From positions 42,966,001 through 43,030,000 of the forward strand of contig NC_086097.1 of NCBI RefSeq assembly GCF_963921235.1: 64,000 nt of DNA, in the 5' to 3' direction. A program made the translations under genes and the position numbers. Source of the DNA: Mobula hypostoma. Taxonomy: Eukaryota. Positions 35,425 through 47,445 of the stretch are shown one piece after another (the stretch's first letter is position 1; each line of letters opens with the position of its first letter). Below the pieces are notes generated by a model. The model saw nothing but the letters and a program-made list of their open reading frames with translations. It searched no databases and was not told where the DNA came from.

Positions 35425-36410
35425 GTTATAGAAAAGTATAACACAGAAGCAAGCCATTCAGCCCATCTAGTCTGAGCCGAGGCATTTAAACTGGCTATTC
35501 CCAATGACTTGTACTGGGACCAGACCATAGCCCTCCATACCCCCACCATCCATGTACCTATCCACACTTCTCTTAAACGTTGAAATCGAGCACATGTACA
35601 CCACTTGTGCTGGCAGCTTGTTCCACAATCTCACAACCCTCTGAGTGAAAAAAGTTCCCCTCATGTTCCCCTTAAACTTTTTACCTTTAGATTAGATTAG
35701 ATTAGTCTAGACCACACCCTTAAACCACAATCTGCTTGTATTAACCCTATCTATACCCCTAACAGACATCCCACCCTGCAAAAACTGATTTCAGGCAGGT
35801 AGCACCATCAATTTGCGGGAGACTTCCGGGAGAGGTGGGATGTCTGCAATAGAGTAGCTCCTTAGAGGCCAGCCAGCTAGTTTAAATAACATTAGCTATG
35901 CTAATGAACGAATGACACCTGTTAAACTCACCTCAACATGTCTTTTACAGTCTTAACCCACCATGGGTAATAGAAAAGTCACTGTTGGAAACAGTGCAGC
36001 GAGCAACGCTGTCATTATTTTTGACCCCTATTAGGTAGGGGTACACTTTAGGGTAGTCTGGGGTGACGTACGTTTTATATTTTGTTTTTTTTTTGGAACA
36101 CTCTGCCATGGCGCGCTCTTGCTCTCTCTCTCGTGGTCTCTCGCGCTCTTGCTTGCTTTCTCTCTCTTGCACTCTCGCTTGCTTGCTCTCGCACGCTCTC
36201 TCTCGCTCTCTCACTTGCTCCCTCTCGCACTCTCACTCTCTCGCTTGCTTTCTCTTGCTCGCTCTCAAAAAAATTGATTTCTGTGATATCGTATATAATT
36301 TGCGGGCATCAGGGAGCCACTATTCATATGCGGGAGACTCCCAGAACTTCCCGGAGAGTTGGGATGTCTGCCCTAATAATTTTGTATACCTCTATCAAAT
36401 CTCCTCTCAT
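35425..36410 (-). mobile_element. CR1 3' fragment in the U12 intron, interrupted by a hAT derivative
   Basis: FFTQRVVRLWNKLP; host sequence resumes after 36370. Confidence 0.75.
35763..36370 (-). mobile_element. Non-autonomous hAT-like DNA transposon retaining transposase exon 1
   Basis: TIRs CAGACATCCCA / TGGGATGTCTG, flanking ccctaa duplication. MAECSKKKTKYKTY...ARCTVSNSDFSITHGG followed by DCKRHVE in a shifted frame (BED-like zinc finger), then GAG|GTGAGT. Confidence 0.75.
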
Positions 36411-36896
36411 GTAGAACTAAAGATACTGACTGGCTTCTCAAAACTGCAACATATCACGTCCTGCCTCAACTGATATCAAAATATGTATAACTTCCAGTGG
36501 GAGCCAATGAACAGCAGTAAGTGACAGAATACTTAGCTTTTCTTTCTCAGCTCAGAGCTTTGAGGTTAAATGCAGAATGTCAATTATTGTCTTAGCACAG
36601 TCTGACTAGTTATGATTGGATGCTGCCATATTTAGTGACTTTACCAACTTAACTGTAATTTCTGAAGTTTTATATTTTAAACAAACTAATTCCATTCCCC
36701 CACCCCCACCAGTTAATTATCTCTGGAATTTTGGAGGAAATCAATATTTTTGAACATAATGGTAACCAATGGAAATCAATATTCTGTTTGAGTTAAAACG
36801 AAGGAAGCTTCCTCTACAACATTTCAAAACTCCTGAAAATACCACACAATATTTATACGAGTTTTAAACTATGATTAAGAGCAGATAAAAGGATAT

Positions 36897-36953
36897 GGCT
36901 TTGCTGAGGTCAAGCTGGACTGTACCAGTTGGATCTTCGAGGAAGAACTTTCC
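36897..36953 (-). CDS. POLE2: POLE2 exon 8
   Basis: GKFFLEDPTGTVQLDLSKA; 57 nt, cag/atatcc. Confidence 0.95.
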
Positions 36954-37062
36954 CTGAAATAGTAAATACAATTAATAATATTGTATTTCAGCAATAACAA
37001 CAGCGTACTTTGCTGTTTTCAATTTATAAAAGACAGAAGAGTAGTGACAGTAGTATTACACC

Positions 37063-38000
37063 TTGATGATGACAATGGCTGGTTCTTCGCTTGTGAAGAT
37101 CAGGAGGGAAGAAGAGTCCTCAGGTGCAACGGCATGATTGTTAGTGATGGTAGAGACCAATTCTGGATCTGCAGACTCTGAAGCAGTAGGGACACAGTAA
37201 CTGCTGGGACGAGAGCGCTTGGGTAGCAGAATCCTTCCTACGTCTCCACTTCTGTTCAGTAGCTGCTCTCCTGGATTCCTCAAACTTCTTGGCTGCTCCA
37301 TGGATCAGCCTTCTCCAGCGGTCTCTGTCACAAGCCAGCTGCTGTCACTCCTTGATCTCAATATTTCCCTGAGAGATCTGCTCCTTTGTACCACTTGCAC
37401 AGGGCACCATGATCTCTCTTGCCCTGAGAGAGTTCTCTGTAGAGTACTGCTTTCGATAATCTGGAGTTGTCCATGTGAGACATGTGGCCTGACCAGCAGA
37501 GCTGCTTGAGCAGCAAAGTGGCTTCAGTGCTTAGAAGTTGAGCCTTCTCCAGGACCTCGTGATTGGAGACACGATCCTGCCAGCTGATACCATGATGGAG
37601 CAGAGGCAGCACTGATGGAAGTGCTTGAGCAACCGGATTTGCTTCTGGTACAAGACCCAGACTTTGGAGCCGTATAGCAGTGTTGTAACGACGGCAGCTC
37701 TGTACCCCTGGATTTTTCTGGATAAACGCAGCTGGTGGTTCTTCCACACATGTTTCTGGAGGTGCCCGAGGGCACTGCTGGCTCTAGTGAGTCAATTATC
37801 AACGTCCTTTACTACCGTAGTGTCGTTGGAGATGACACTGCCCAGGTAGGTGGACTGCCCAACCGTGGTGAGAGAGTGGTCGTCAATGGTGATCTGAGCT
37901 GGGTTGTAAACGCCACAAGGCGGCTTCTGATCGAGGATCATTGTTTTCTTCAGACTGACCATTAACCTGAAAGCCCTTGCAGCCTGTAGCATATCTTCTG
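37063..38000 (-). mobile_element. Decayed RTE-clade LINE 3' portion
   Basis: YRAAVVTTLLYGSKVW...FHQCCL; QLCWSGHMSHM; YLGSVISND. Confidence 0.8.
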
Positions 38001-38699
38001 TGTGTGAGAAGAGCACGGTTGTCCTCATATGGTAGCATGAGAATGGGCTCTTGCATGATTTTTGTTTGGGCAAGAAGGTGTAATAAACTTTACTTAGTCA
38101 GATTTCCAACTTCTTCTCCTTATTCCTCTTCTTTCACAAAAGCTTACGGTACTACCAACCATAGTGCCAAGTCCGTGTTGCACCCCACCCTCTCTAAACC
38201 TATTTTAATTGGACATGCTTTTATTGTGACAGCATATGCACTCATGCTCACTGAAAGTCAATTCAGACAACTGTGTCATACAAGTCCAAGCCAAAGCTAC
38301 TTTTCAGACAAAAGACAATTCCAGCAGAGGTTACTAAACTTCAAATACCTCCAGCAACCTTGTTCAAGCTTTTCAGGACACAGCAGTGTTTCTGCCAACA
38401 TCAAAGTTCTGACAGATAGCTCAACACTGATCTGGTATTAAAATTGGGGCAGTCCAAGGTTGCATGACATGATGATACATTATGTTGGATACTGCACATC
38501 TTCCATCAGCATAAGCTTAAAATTCAAAGTGTGGAGAAATACATGTCAACTTGGATATTCAATTAGTCCATCTGCTCCATAATGGGGTGTACCTATCGCT
38601 ATACATCTTTCAGTGATTTCAGAATCCAACAGGGAAATTTAGCTCATTTCAATGCAAAGCACATTATTGGAAATATAAATGCTGCATATTTTATCCTAC

Positions 38700-38783
38700 C
38701 TCTTTAAGCTGAGTTATCATTCCCAGAACAATGACTTCTCCAACTTTTGATATGCTGCCAAGGAGGGTTTCTATGGTTTTTAG
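38700..38783 (-). CDS. POLE2: POLE2 exon 7
   Basis: [28 protein letters not shown]; 84 nt, tag/gtagga. Confidence 0.95.
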
Positions 38784-39185
38784 CTAAAGATAAAACAAAA
38801 TGTTTTAAATAATGCACCACATAACTCTAGATAATTTCCTTCTTTGTTCTTTTGAATTTGTCAATGCAAATGTTATTTCTTCTTTCTGACATTTTTTCCC
38901 CCACTGGTTTTAACTGATTCTGTCTTAATAAGTTGGCAGAACTTACACCCATTGTTTTACTGTCTGTAAACAGATGGAGGAAAGTCACTTTTCCTCCAAG
39001 AAGCTAGCCAGCAACCATTCACCACTTCCCTATACACCACGGTCAAAATTCTTCAAATATCTATTCTGACATTTTATGGAGGAACAGTCAAATTTACAAA
39101 AAGAAAATTCAGAAGTTCACGACGCATCTTTTATTGTAAAAGAAAAAAGGAGAAGAATATGAAAGGGAACATGGGAATGTGAATG

Positions 39186-39483
39186 AAACATAGAAACATA
39201 GAAAATAGGTGCAGGAGTAGGCCATTCGGCCCTTCGAGCCTGCACCGCCATTTATTATGATCATGGCTGATCATCCAACTCAGAACCCCGCCCCAGCCTT
39301 CCCTCCATACCCCCTGACCCCCGTAGCCACAAGGGCCATATCTAACTCCCTCTTAAATATAGCCAATGAACTGGCCTCAACTGTTTCCTGTGGCAGAGAA
39401 TTCCACAGATTCACCACTCTCTGTGTGAAGAAGTTTTTCCTAATCTCGGTCCTAAAAGGCTTCCCCTCTATCCTCAAACTGTG
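39186..39483 (-). mobile_element. Young CR1 3' stub (298 bp)
   Basis: Near-identical to 57008-57305. Confidence 0.9.
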
Positions 39484-40139
39484 AAGATGAAGATAGAGAC
39501 AACATGGAAAGTTCAAAGTACACTTATAATCAAAGTATGTATATTATATACTGTACAACCTTGTGATTCTTCTTACAGACAGCCACAAAACAAAGAAACC
39601 CAATAGAACCCTTTGAAAATGACTATCAAACAACCAATGGGCAGAAAAAAATCATGCAAACAGTAAAAGTAAACAAATAACATTCAGAACTGAAGTTCAC
39701 GCAAGTGAAATAGAATATCAAGCTAAATCATTAAATCTCCAAATCATTTGGAGACTATTTTAGTCAGTGAATGCTATTGACGGAGACTGCATTAATTGTC
39801 CATCCCTAACTATCAGCTACCTTCATAATGCTGTTTAGAGAATTCCAGGATTTACACCCACGGGAGATTCAGGAAGGATGAGATACATCCAAGTCAGAAT
39901 GGTGTACAATTTGGAAGGGAACATGCAGGTGACGACGCTCTCATGTACCTAAGGCTCTTGTTTTTCTCTGTGACAGATGTTGAGGGTTCAGAAGGCAAGT
40001 AATTCCCGTGCATTTTGTTAAACCTAGACATTGCAACCACTGTGCAAGAGTGCTGGAGAGACTGAATGCTTAGTGATGGTTGGAAAATGTGGAAACATAT
40101 TCGAAACTTTGTGATTTTTTAATGTATTTAATCTTGTGA

Positions 40140-40529
40140 TGTGACAAAATGGAACTAGTATAATCCCAGAGTGCTTAGCTATATGTTAAGTGCATACATT
40201 ACTGAAGGCATGTTAAGTTCTGATTATTGTGTATCCAAGGGGAAGGTAACTAAGGGGGAAGATTGATATATTGCATGGGCTTGAATAGAGAGTGAATAGA
40301 GAGAAACAAGACTGTAGCCGCTGCTAAATTCGGGGGGGGGGGCTGACTTAGCCAATAGATAAGCCAAATAATTGTATAAAAACAAACTTTGTGAGCTATA
40401 AAGCCAGAAGCTGCCTGCCATCCATTCTGAGAAGTGGAGGTGGACTTCCCCTTGCAAGTAATAAATGTGCTTTTAAGAGATCCACTCCAAGTTTACTGTG
40501 CTTTGTTGTAAGACCCAGTAAAATGTACA
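40140..40529 (+). mobile_element. Probable solo LTR
   Basis: TG...CA ends, flanks TGTGA/TGAGA, internal CCAAT (~40352), TATAAA (~40375) and AATAAA (40460) in LTR order. Confidence 0.6.
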
Positions 40530-40609
40530 TGAGAAATTCCAATCATGTGGATATTAGAAACAGAGGAGTTGCAGTTTTGTATACAAGTGGGAGGGGGAGG
40601 AGAAGGAAG

Positions 40610-42036
40610 GAAGGGAGGAAGAGAAAAAACAGGGAAATATAGACTGGTTAGCCTGACCGTCGGTGGTGGGAAAGATGCTGGAGTCAACTATAAAAGATGA
40701 AATTACAACACATCTGGATAGCAGTAACAGGATCGGTCCAAGTCAGCATGGATTTACAAAGGGGAAATCGTGCTTGACTAATCTTCTGGAATTTTTTGAG
40801 GACGTAACTATGAAAATGGACAAGGGAGAGCCAGTGGATGTAGTGTACCTGGACTTTCAGAAGGCCTTTGATAAAGTCCCACATAGGAGATTAGTGGGCA
40901 AAATTAGGGCACATGGTATTGGGAGCAGAGTACTGACATGGATTGAAAATTGGCTGGCTGACAGAAAACAAAGAGTAGCGATTAACGGGTCCCTTTCAGA
41001 ATGGCAGGCGGTGACCAGTGGGGTACCGCAGGATTCAGTGCTGGGACCGCAGCTGTTTACAATATATATTAATGATTTAGATGAGGGAATTAAAAGTAAC
41101 ATTAGCAAATTTGCCGATGACACAAAGCTGGGTGGCAGCGTGAAATGTGAGGAGGATGTTATGAGAATGCAGGGTGACTTGGACAGGCTGGGTGAGTGGG
41201 CAGATGCATGGCAGATGCAGTTTAATGTGGATAAATGTGAGGTTATCCACTTTGGTGGTAAGAACGGGAAGGCAGATTATTATCTAAATGGAGTCAAGTT
41301 AGGAAAAGGGGAAGCACAACGAGATCTAGGTGTTCTTGTACATCAGTCATTGAAAGCAAGCATGCAAGTACAGCAGGCAGTGAAAAAAGCTAATGGCATG
41401 CTGGCCTTCATAACAAGGGGAATTGAGTATAAGAGCAAAGAGGTCCTTCTGCAGCTGTACAGGGCCCTGGTGAGACCACACCTGGAGTACTGTGTGCAGT
41501 TTTGGTCTCCAAATTTGAGGAAGGACATTCTTGCTATTGAGGGAGTGCAGCGTAGGTTTGCAAGGTTAATTCCCGGGATGGTGGGACTGTCATATGTCGA
41601 AAGATTGGAGCGACTAGGCTTGTATACTCTGGAATTTAGAAGGCTGAGAGGGGACCTTATTGAAACATATAAGATTATTAAAGGGTTGGACATGCTGAAG
41701 GCAGGAAACATGCTCCCGCTGATGGGTGAGTCCAGAACCAGAGGCCACAGTTTAAGAATAAGGGGTAGGCCATTTAGAACGGAGTTGAGGAAAAACTTTT
41801 TCACTCAGAGAGTGGTGGATATATGGAATGCTCTGCCCCAGAAGGCTGTGGAGGCCAAGTCTCTGGATGCTTTCAAGAAAGAGATGGATAGAGCTCTTAA
41901 AGATAGCGGAATCAAAGGTTATGGGGATAAGGCAGGAACTGGATACTGATTGTGGATGATCAGCCATGATCACAGTGAATGGTGGTGCTGGCTCGAAGGG
42001 CCGAATGGCCTACTTCTGCATCTATTGTCTATTTCT
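40610..42036 (+). mobile_element. Young 5'-truncated CR1 LINE with an uninterrupted RT-domain reading frame (40663-41949)
   Basis: 428 aa open frame with [46 protein letters not shown]; tctatt tail. Confidence 0.92.
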
Positions 42037-43020
42037 ATATAAGTGCGAATTTATAACTTCCAGTTATCAAACATATTTGCAACATCCTGCTTATATAGTA
42101 AAATCAATTGAGAGGCTTTCTTTTATACAAAGGAAGTGAAATGTTGTGCTTTGCAGTACCTCAAAGTACTGTCAAAGCAAAAGTGATTAACTTTCAAAAG
42201 AAAATTGAATCTATGCCATCAAAAAGGACATTAAATACAATAGAACAAGTGTGAAGGAATAACACTAACCAGATGGCCTTTGAAAAAACTAGCACAATGG
42301 GCTGATTTATCTTCTTCCGTGATTATGAACCAATTTAATTGCCTAGCTGTTTCAACGATTAGCCTAGTTTATCTGCTGGTTTCCAACAACTATCTGTAGC
42401 TCCAATTTAAATTAGTTCATTAGATTTACTGCAGATGGCTGTTTCATTTTGCTAGCTGTCTAACATAAAACACTATCCAGCATGACGTATTGCAACAGGT
42501 GGAAGAAACATTAAACAAATTTCAAATTAGTTTATCCAAGAACCTTGTATGAGATAGAAAGGACCGACTAAATAAAATATTATTTTGTTTTGTACCCTGT
42601 GAAGGTCGCTGGCCTTGACAAAAACATGCATTGTGAACTACACTGAGCCTCCTTTGGCTGAGTGGTTTATCTGACTGGAAGCTGATCTGCATATTTGAGA
42701 CAGCCTTTGGCTTGAAGCAAACCAGATTTCTGGTAAAAGACTTCAATTTAGGATGACAGCAACCAGAGATGGAAAGTAAATAATGCAGTAGGTGATGCAA
42801 CCTTGTGTTTGGAATATTGGAGTTTTATGCGTGCCAAACTGAAGACATTAATATTTTTCCCCAAACTGAGAAAAAGACAGCAGAAAAGATTAACGAGAGT
42901 AAACAGAGAAATAGTAAAACGCACAAATGCATTTGATTGCTATATAGGAGAAATTCAATTTATCTTGTAAAGACAATTAATGTTTATATCAGAATTGTTG
43001 AGGCACATTTAATCTCTTAC

Positions 43021-43095
43021 TTGAAATTTATTCCTGTTCTCATCGGGGTGTGACCCTGTCACAGGAGGCGTAAATAATTCATGCCTATGAGTTCG
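43021..43095 (-). CDS. POLE2: POLE2 exon 6
   Basis: [25 protein letters not shown]; 75 nt, cag/gtaaga. Confidence 0.95.
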
Positions 43096-43525
43096 CTGTG
43101 AAAATAAGCATTAGCACAAACGTTTCAACAAATCTTTCATCAGTGCTAGTTTGATTAATATTTCACAAAAATTCAACCTTTGTTGATGTATCATGCTTAT
43201 TTCAATTCTGAACATCATTTGTTTCTTCATAGTATCTAGCTTTGATAAATAACATTCAGTGATATGATTGAAGTAATCAAAGATTTTGACTCAATTCTAC
43301 TTTGAAAATAGTGAATAAATCCTTTGTGAGATTAAGGAATTTGATTGTCTATTGAATCTATCTGAAATGGTGACATAAGTACATAAAATACATTTTAAAA
43401 TGCACTAATACTAAAATTGAAATCTTTCAACAAATGGTACATCGTATGATGTAGTTTATTTTATGTACAGTACAACTATTTTCTCATTAAAGACATGTAA
43501 GCGTTATATTTTCTTTCTCCCTTAC

Positions 43526-43619
43526 CTGTTGCATAATAGCATAGCGCTCACAAAAAAGTTCAGCTTTGTTCCTGGCAGTTCCAAACAGACAAGGTTCACT
43601 ACGATCTGTCATTGAAAGC
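43526..43619 (-). CDS. POLE2: POLE2 exon 5
   Basis: LSMTDRSEPCLFGTARNKAELFCERYAIMQQ; 94 nt, tag/gtaagg. Confidence 0.95.
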
Positions 43620-44079
43620 CTAGTACAAAAATAAGATTTCATTTGAAAAAATGAATGACTTTTCTTTGTAACTTTGTTTTTTGTATCCAAAATGTTTTCC
43701 AAACTCACAAAGAAAATGACATTTTAGTACATGTACAACCAGGCTGAGACAAATGATTTGGTTGAGCTGTTCTCCCATCTCGGCAATTTACTTGCAAACA
43801 TTTCGTCACCATTCTGAGTAACTAATTAGATACTGAGTTTTCCTGACATTTACGTAGGCAGTCGGTATCTAATTGTATTCAAAATATGCCATAAAATGCT
43901 AAAAATTCCCTGTTTATTTACAATAATTATGTTTTATGTTTTAAATCTAAAAGCAGGAGTGGAGATTTTGTAGAGTTCTTCAAATGATCTACAACTCTCA
44001 GGTTCCCCAGTGAGTGAAAAACCATTTTATTTCCTTCCATCAAACACATATGTTACATTTAATACTGTCTTTCTACAAA

Positions 44080-44495
44080 GGGGCCTCCCCATCGGGGACA
44101 TTTGTCACGAGCGCTGCATACACAGAGCCCTTAGTATTATCAAGGATCCCACCCATCCATCCAGCATCCTCTTTGACTTTCTACCATCAGGCAGGAGATT
44201 TCGATGTATAAAGACAAGAACTGTCAGGATTGGAAACAGCTTCTTCCCTCAAGCCATTAGGCTCCTGAACTCCCTGTTGCATTGCATTCGAGTGTCACCG
44301 GTTAATTTTGTTCTGTATCCTACAATATTTAATGTATACACTTTTTACTTCATTTATGCATAATTCAATTATAGATGTAATTCTTAATTTTCTAAGTTAT
44401 TGTCTGTTATGTGTGTTATGTGTACCACTGTGCTTCACACCCTGGTCCGGAGAAAGATTGTCTCATTTGATCGTATTCATGTATATCGTTAAATG
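44080..44495 (+). mobile_element. Rex1/Babar LINE 3' end
   Basis: IIKDPTHPSSILFDFLPSGRRFR...NSFFPQAIRLLN. Confidence 0.8.
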
Positions 44496-45289
44496 GTACA
44501 AAACCACAGAAGACCATTTCAAATAATGCTCAAACTTCACAGAAGGGAAAAACAAACTTTAACTATTGACCATAAATGCATTAATATCCTGTAGCTTATA
44601 CAAGTTCCATACAGAAACAGAGATTTAGGGAACTGTCCAAAACCATATTAGAAAGGAGGTATTCATTTAAAATACATTAATCACTAGAAGTTCCATTACA
44701 GATTAGCAGCCAATAGCAAAAAAAAATTAAAAACACCCATAAGGATTTATTCTAAGAGATACAAAATTAAAAAGCAGGTAAATTATGCAAGATCTGTTAT
44801 AAAATCTTGGTTTGACTATACAGAGTCCTGTAAATGGTTCTGGCAGGTTAAAATGATACATGAAAAAATTCATGATGAACATGTCATAAATATGAAGGGA
44901 TTTATTTTGAAAAGGATGTACAGGCTGGAAAAATGTCTGGGCATTTTTCTTTTGTAGAAAGTCCAAGGCAGAAAGAACTAAAATCATGAAAGGGTTTGAC
45001 AAGAATAGAGATGGGAAGGATGTTTCCACTTGTGGGGAAAAGCATACTTACAAGTTACCCGTACAATATAAAGGCCAGGCAATCCAACAGGGAATTCAGA
45101 AGAAACTGTTTTACCCAAAGTGGAATTCACAACCAAGGTGAGTGTTCAAATCATATAACACAGATTGTATTTAGGGGGTACCCAGACAAGCATGGGAGGA
45201 GAAACAAGCTGAGAATTATGCTGATAGATTTAGATGCAGAGAGATAGGCAGAAGCATGACTAGAGCATAATCACCAATTTTGTTTGATT

Positions 45290-47222
45290 GCACTGAAGAA
45301 GAAAAGAGCTTATGAAAGGTTAAAAAAAAACTAGGTAATGATAGAGATCTAGAAGATTATAAGGCTAGCAGGAAGGAGCTTAAGAATGAAATTAGGAGAG
45401 CCAGAAGGGCCATGAGAAGGCCTTGGCGGACAGGATTAAGGAAATTCCCAAGGCATTCCACAAGTATGTATAGAGCAAGAGGATAAGATGTGAGAGAATG
45501 GAACCAATCAAGTGTGACAGTGGAAAAGTGTGTATGGAACTGAAGGAGATGGGAGAGGTACTTAATGAGTACTTTGCTTCAGTATTCACCAAGGAAAAGG
45601 ATCTTAGGCGATTGTAGGGATGACTTGCAGCGGACTGAAAAGCTTGAGCATGTAGGTATTAAGGAAGAGAATGTGCTGGAGCTTTTGGAAAGCATCAAGT
45701 TGGATAAGTCACCAGGACCAGACGGGATGTACCCCAGGCTACCGTGGCAAGCGAGGGAGGAGATTGCTGAGCCTCTGGCGATGATCTTCACATCATCAGT
45801 GAGAACGAGAGAGGTTTTGGAGGACTGGAGGGTTGTTCATGTTATTTAAGAAGGGGAGTAGGGATAGCCCAGGAAATTATAGACCAGTGAGTCTTACCTC
45901 AGTGGTTGGTAAGTTGATGGAGAAGATCCTGAGATGCAGGACTTATGAACATTTGGAGAGGCATAATATGATTAGGAATAGTCAGCATGGCTTTGTCAAA
46001 GGCAGGTTGTGCCTTACGAGCCTGATTGAGTTTTTTGAGGATGTGACTAAACACATTGATGAAGGTAGAGCCGTAGATGTAGTGTATATGGATCTTAGCA
46101 AGGTATTTGATAAGGTACCCCATGCAAGGCTTATTGAGAAAGTAAGGAGGCATGGGATCCAAGGGGACATTGCTTTGCGGATCCAGAACTGGCTTGACCA
46201 CAGAAAGCAAACAGTGGTAGTAGACGGGTCATATTCTGCATAGATCTGTTCTGGGACCCCTACTCTTTGTGATTTTTATAAATGACCTGGATGAGGAAGT
46301 GGAGGGAAGGGTTAGTAAATTTGCTGATGACACAAAGGTTGGGGGTGTTGTGGATAGTGTGGAGGGCTGTCAGAGGTTAAAGAGGGACATTGATAGGATG
46401 CAAAACTGGACTGAGAAGTGGCAGATGGAGTTCAACCCAGATAAGTGTGAGGTGGTTCATTTTGGTAGGTCAAATATGACAGCAGAATATAGCATTAACG
46501 GCAAGACTCTTGGCAGTGTGGAGGATCAGAGGGATCTTGGGGTCCGAGTCCATAGGACACTCAAAGCTGCTATGCAGGTTGACTCTGTGGTTAAGAAGGC
46601 ATACGGTGCATTGGCCTTCATCAATCGTGGGTTTAAGAGCCCAGAGGTAATGTTGCAGCTATACAGGACCCTGGTCAGACCCCACTTGGAGTACTGTGCT
46701 CAATTCTGGTCGCCTCACTACAGGAAGGACGTGGAAACCATAGAAAGGGTGCAGATGAGACTTACAAGGATATTGCCTGGATTGGGGAGCATGCCTCATG
46801 AAAACAGGTTGAATGAACTCGGCCCTTTCTCCTTGGAGCGACAAAGGATGAGAGATGACCTGACAGGGGTGTACAAGATAACGAGAGGCATTGATCGTGT
46901 GGATAGTCAGAGGCTTTTTCCCAGGGCTGAAATGGCTAGCATGAGAGGGCATATTTTTAAGGTGCTTGGAAGCAGGTACAGAGGAGATGTTTGGGGTAAG
47001 TTTTCTACGCAGAGAGTGGTGAGTGCGTGGAATGGGCTGCCAGCAGCAGCAGTGGAGGCGGAAGCGATAGGGTCTTTTAAGAGACACCCGGATGGGTACA
47101 TGGAGCTTAGAAAAATAGAGGGCTATGGGTAAACCTAGGTAATTCTAAGGAAAGGTCATGTTCAGCACAACTTTGTGGGCCGAAGGGCCTGTATTGTGCT
47201 GCAGGTTTTCTATGTTTCTATG
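45290..47222 (+). mobile_element. CR1 LINE, 5'-truncated, same subfamily as 5852-9548
   Basis: [36 protein letters not shown]; ttctatg tail. Confidence 0.92.
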
Positions 47223-47367
47223 AATGCCCTGTTTCTTTACCATACATTCTACCTAAATCAAAAGTTGACTCCAAATCTTACCTGTTCTTGAAAGATTAAA
47301 TCACTATCTTGCAAACTATAAAATCATTCAGAAGACTGGGCAGAGCATAAAAATAGTCAACACTCAC

Positions 47368-47445
47368 GGTAAAAACTTCTTCCTTTCCGAATTGTAGATA
47401 TAACGAGGGACATCAAATGCACCAATTATATTGAAAACATGTTCT
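47368..47445 (-). CDS. POLE2: POLE2 exon 4
   Basis: [25 protein letters not shown]; 78 nt, cag/gtgagt. Confidence 0.95.

Larger units (their letters stand above)
34606..36896 (-). other. POLE2: U12-type (minor spliceosome) AT-AC intron, POLE2 intron 8
   Basis: 5' end ATATCCTTTT; branch-like TTTCTTTAAC ending 10 nt before the 3' end; terminal AC. Joins ...SKA|QFH... exactly as in the conserved protein. Confidence 0.93.

Noticed and set aside
40663-41949. 428-aa ORF as a host (domesticated) gene
   Set aside because: It is an ordinary 5'-truncated CR1 ORF2 with its own 3' UTR and tail; the open frame reflects young age
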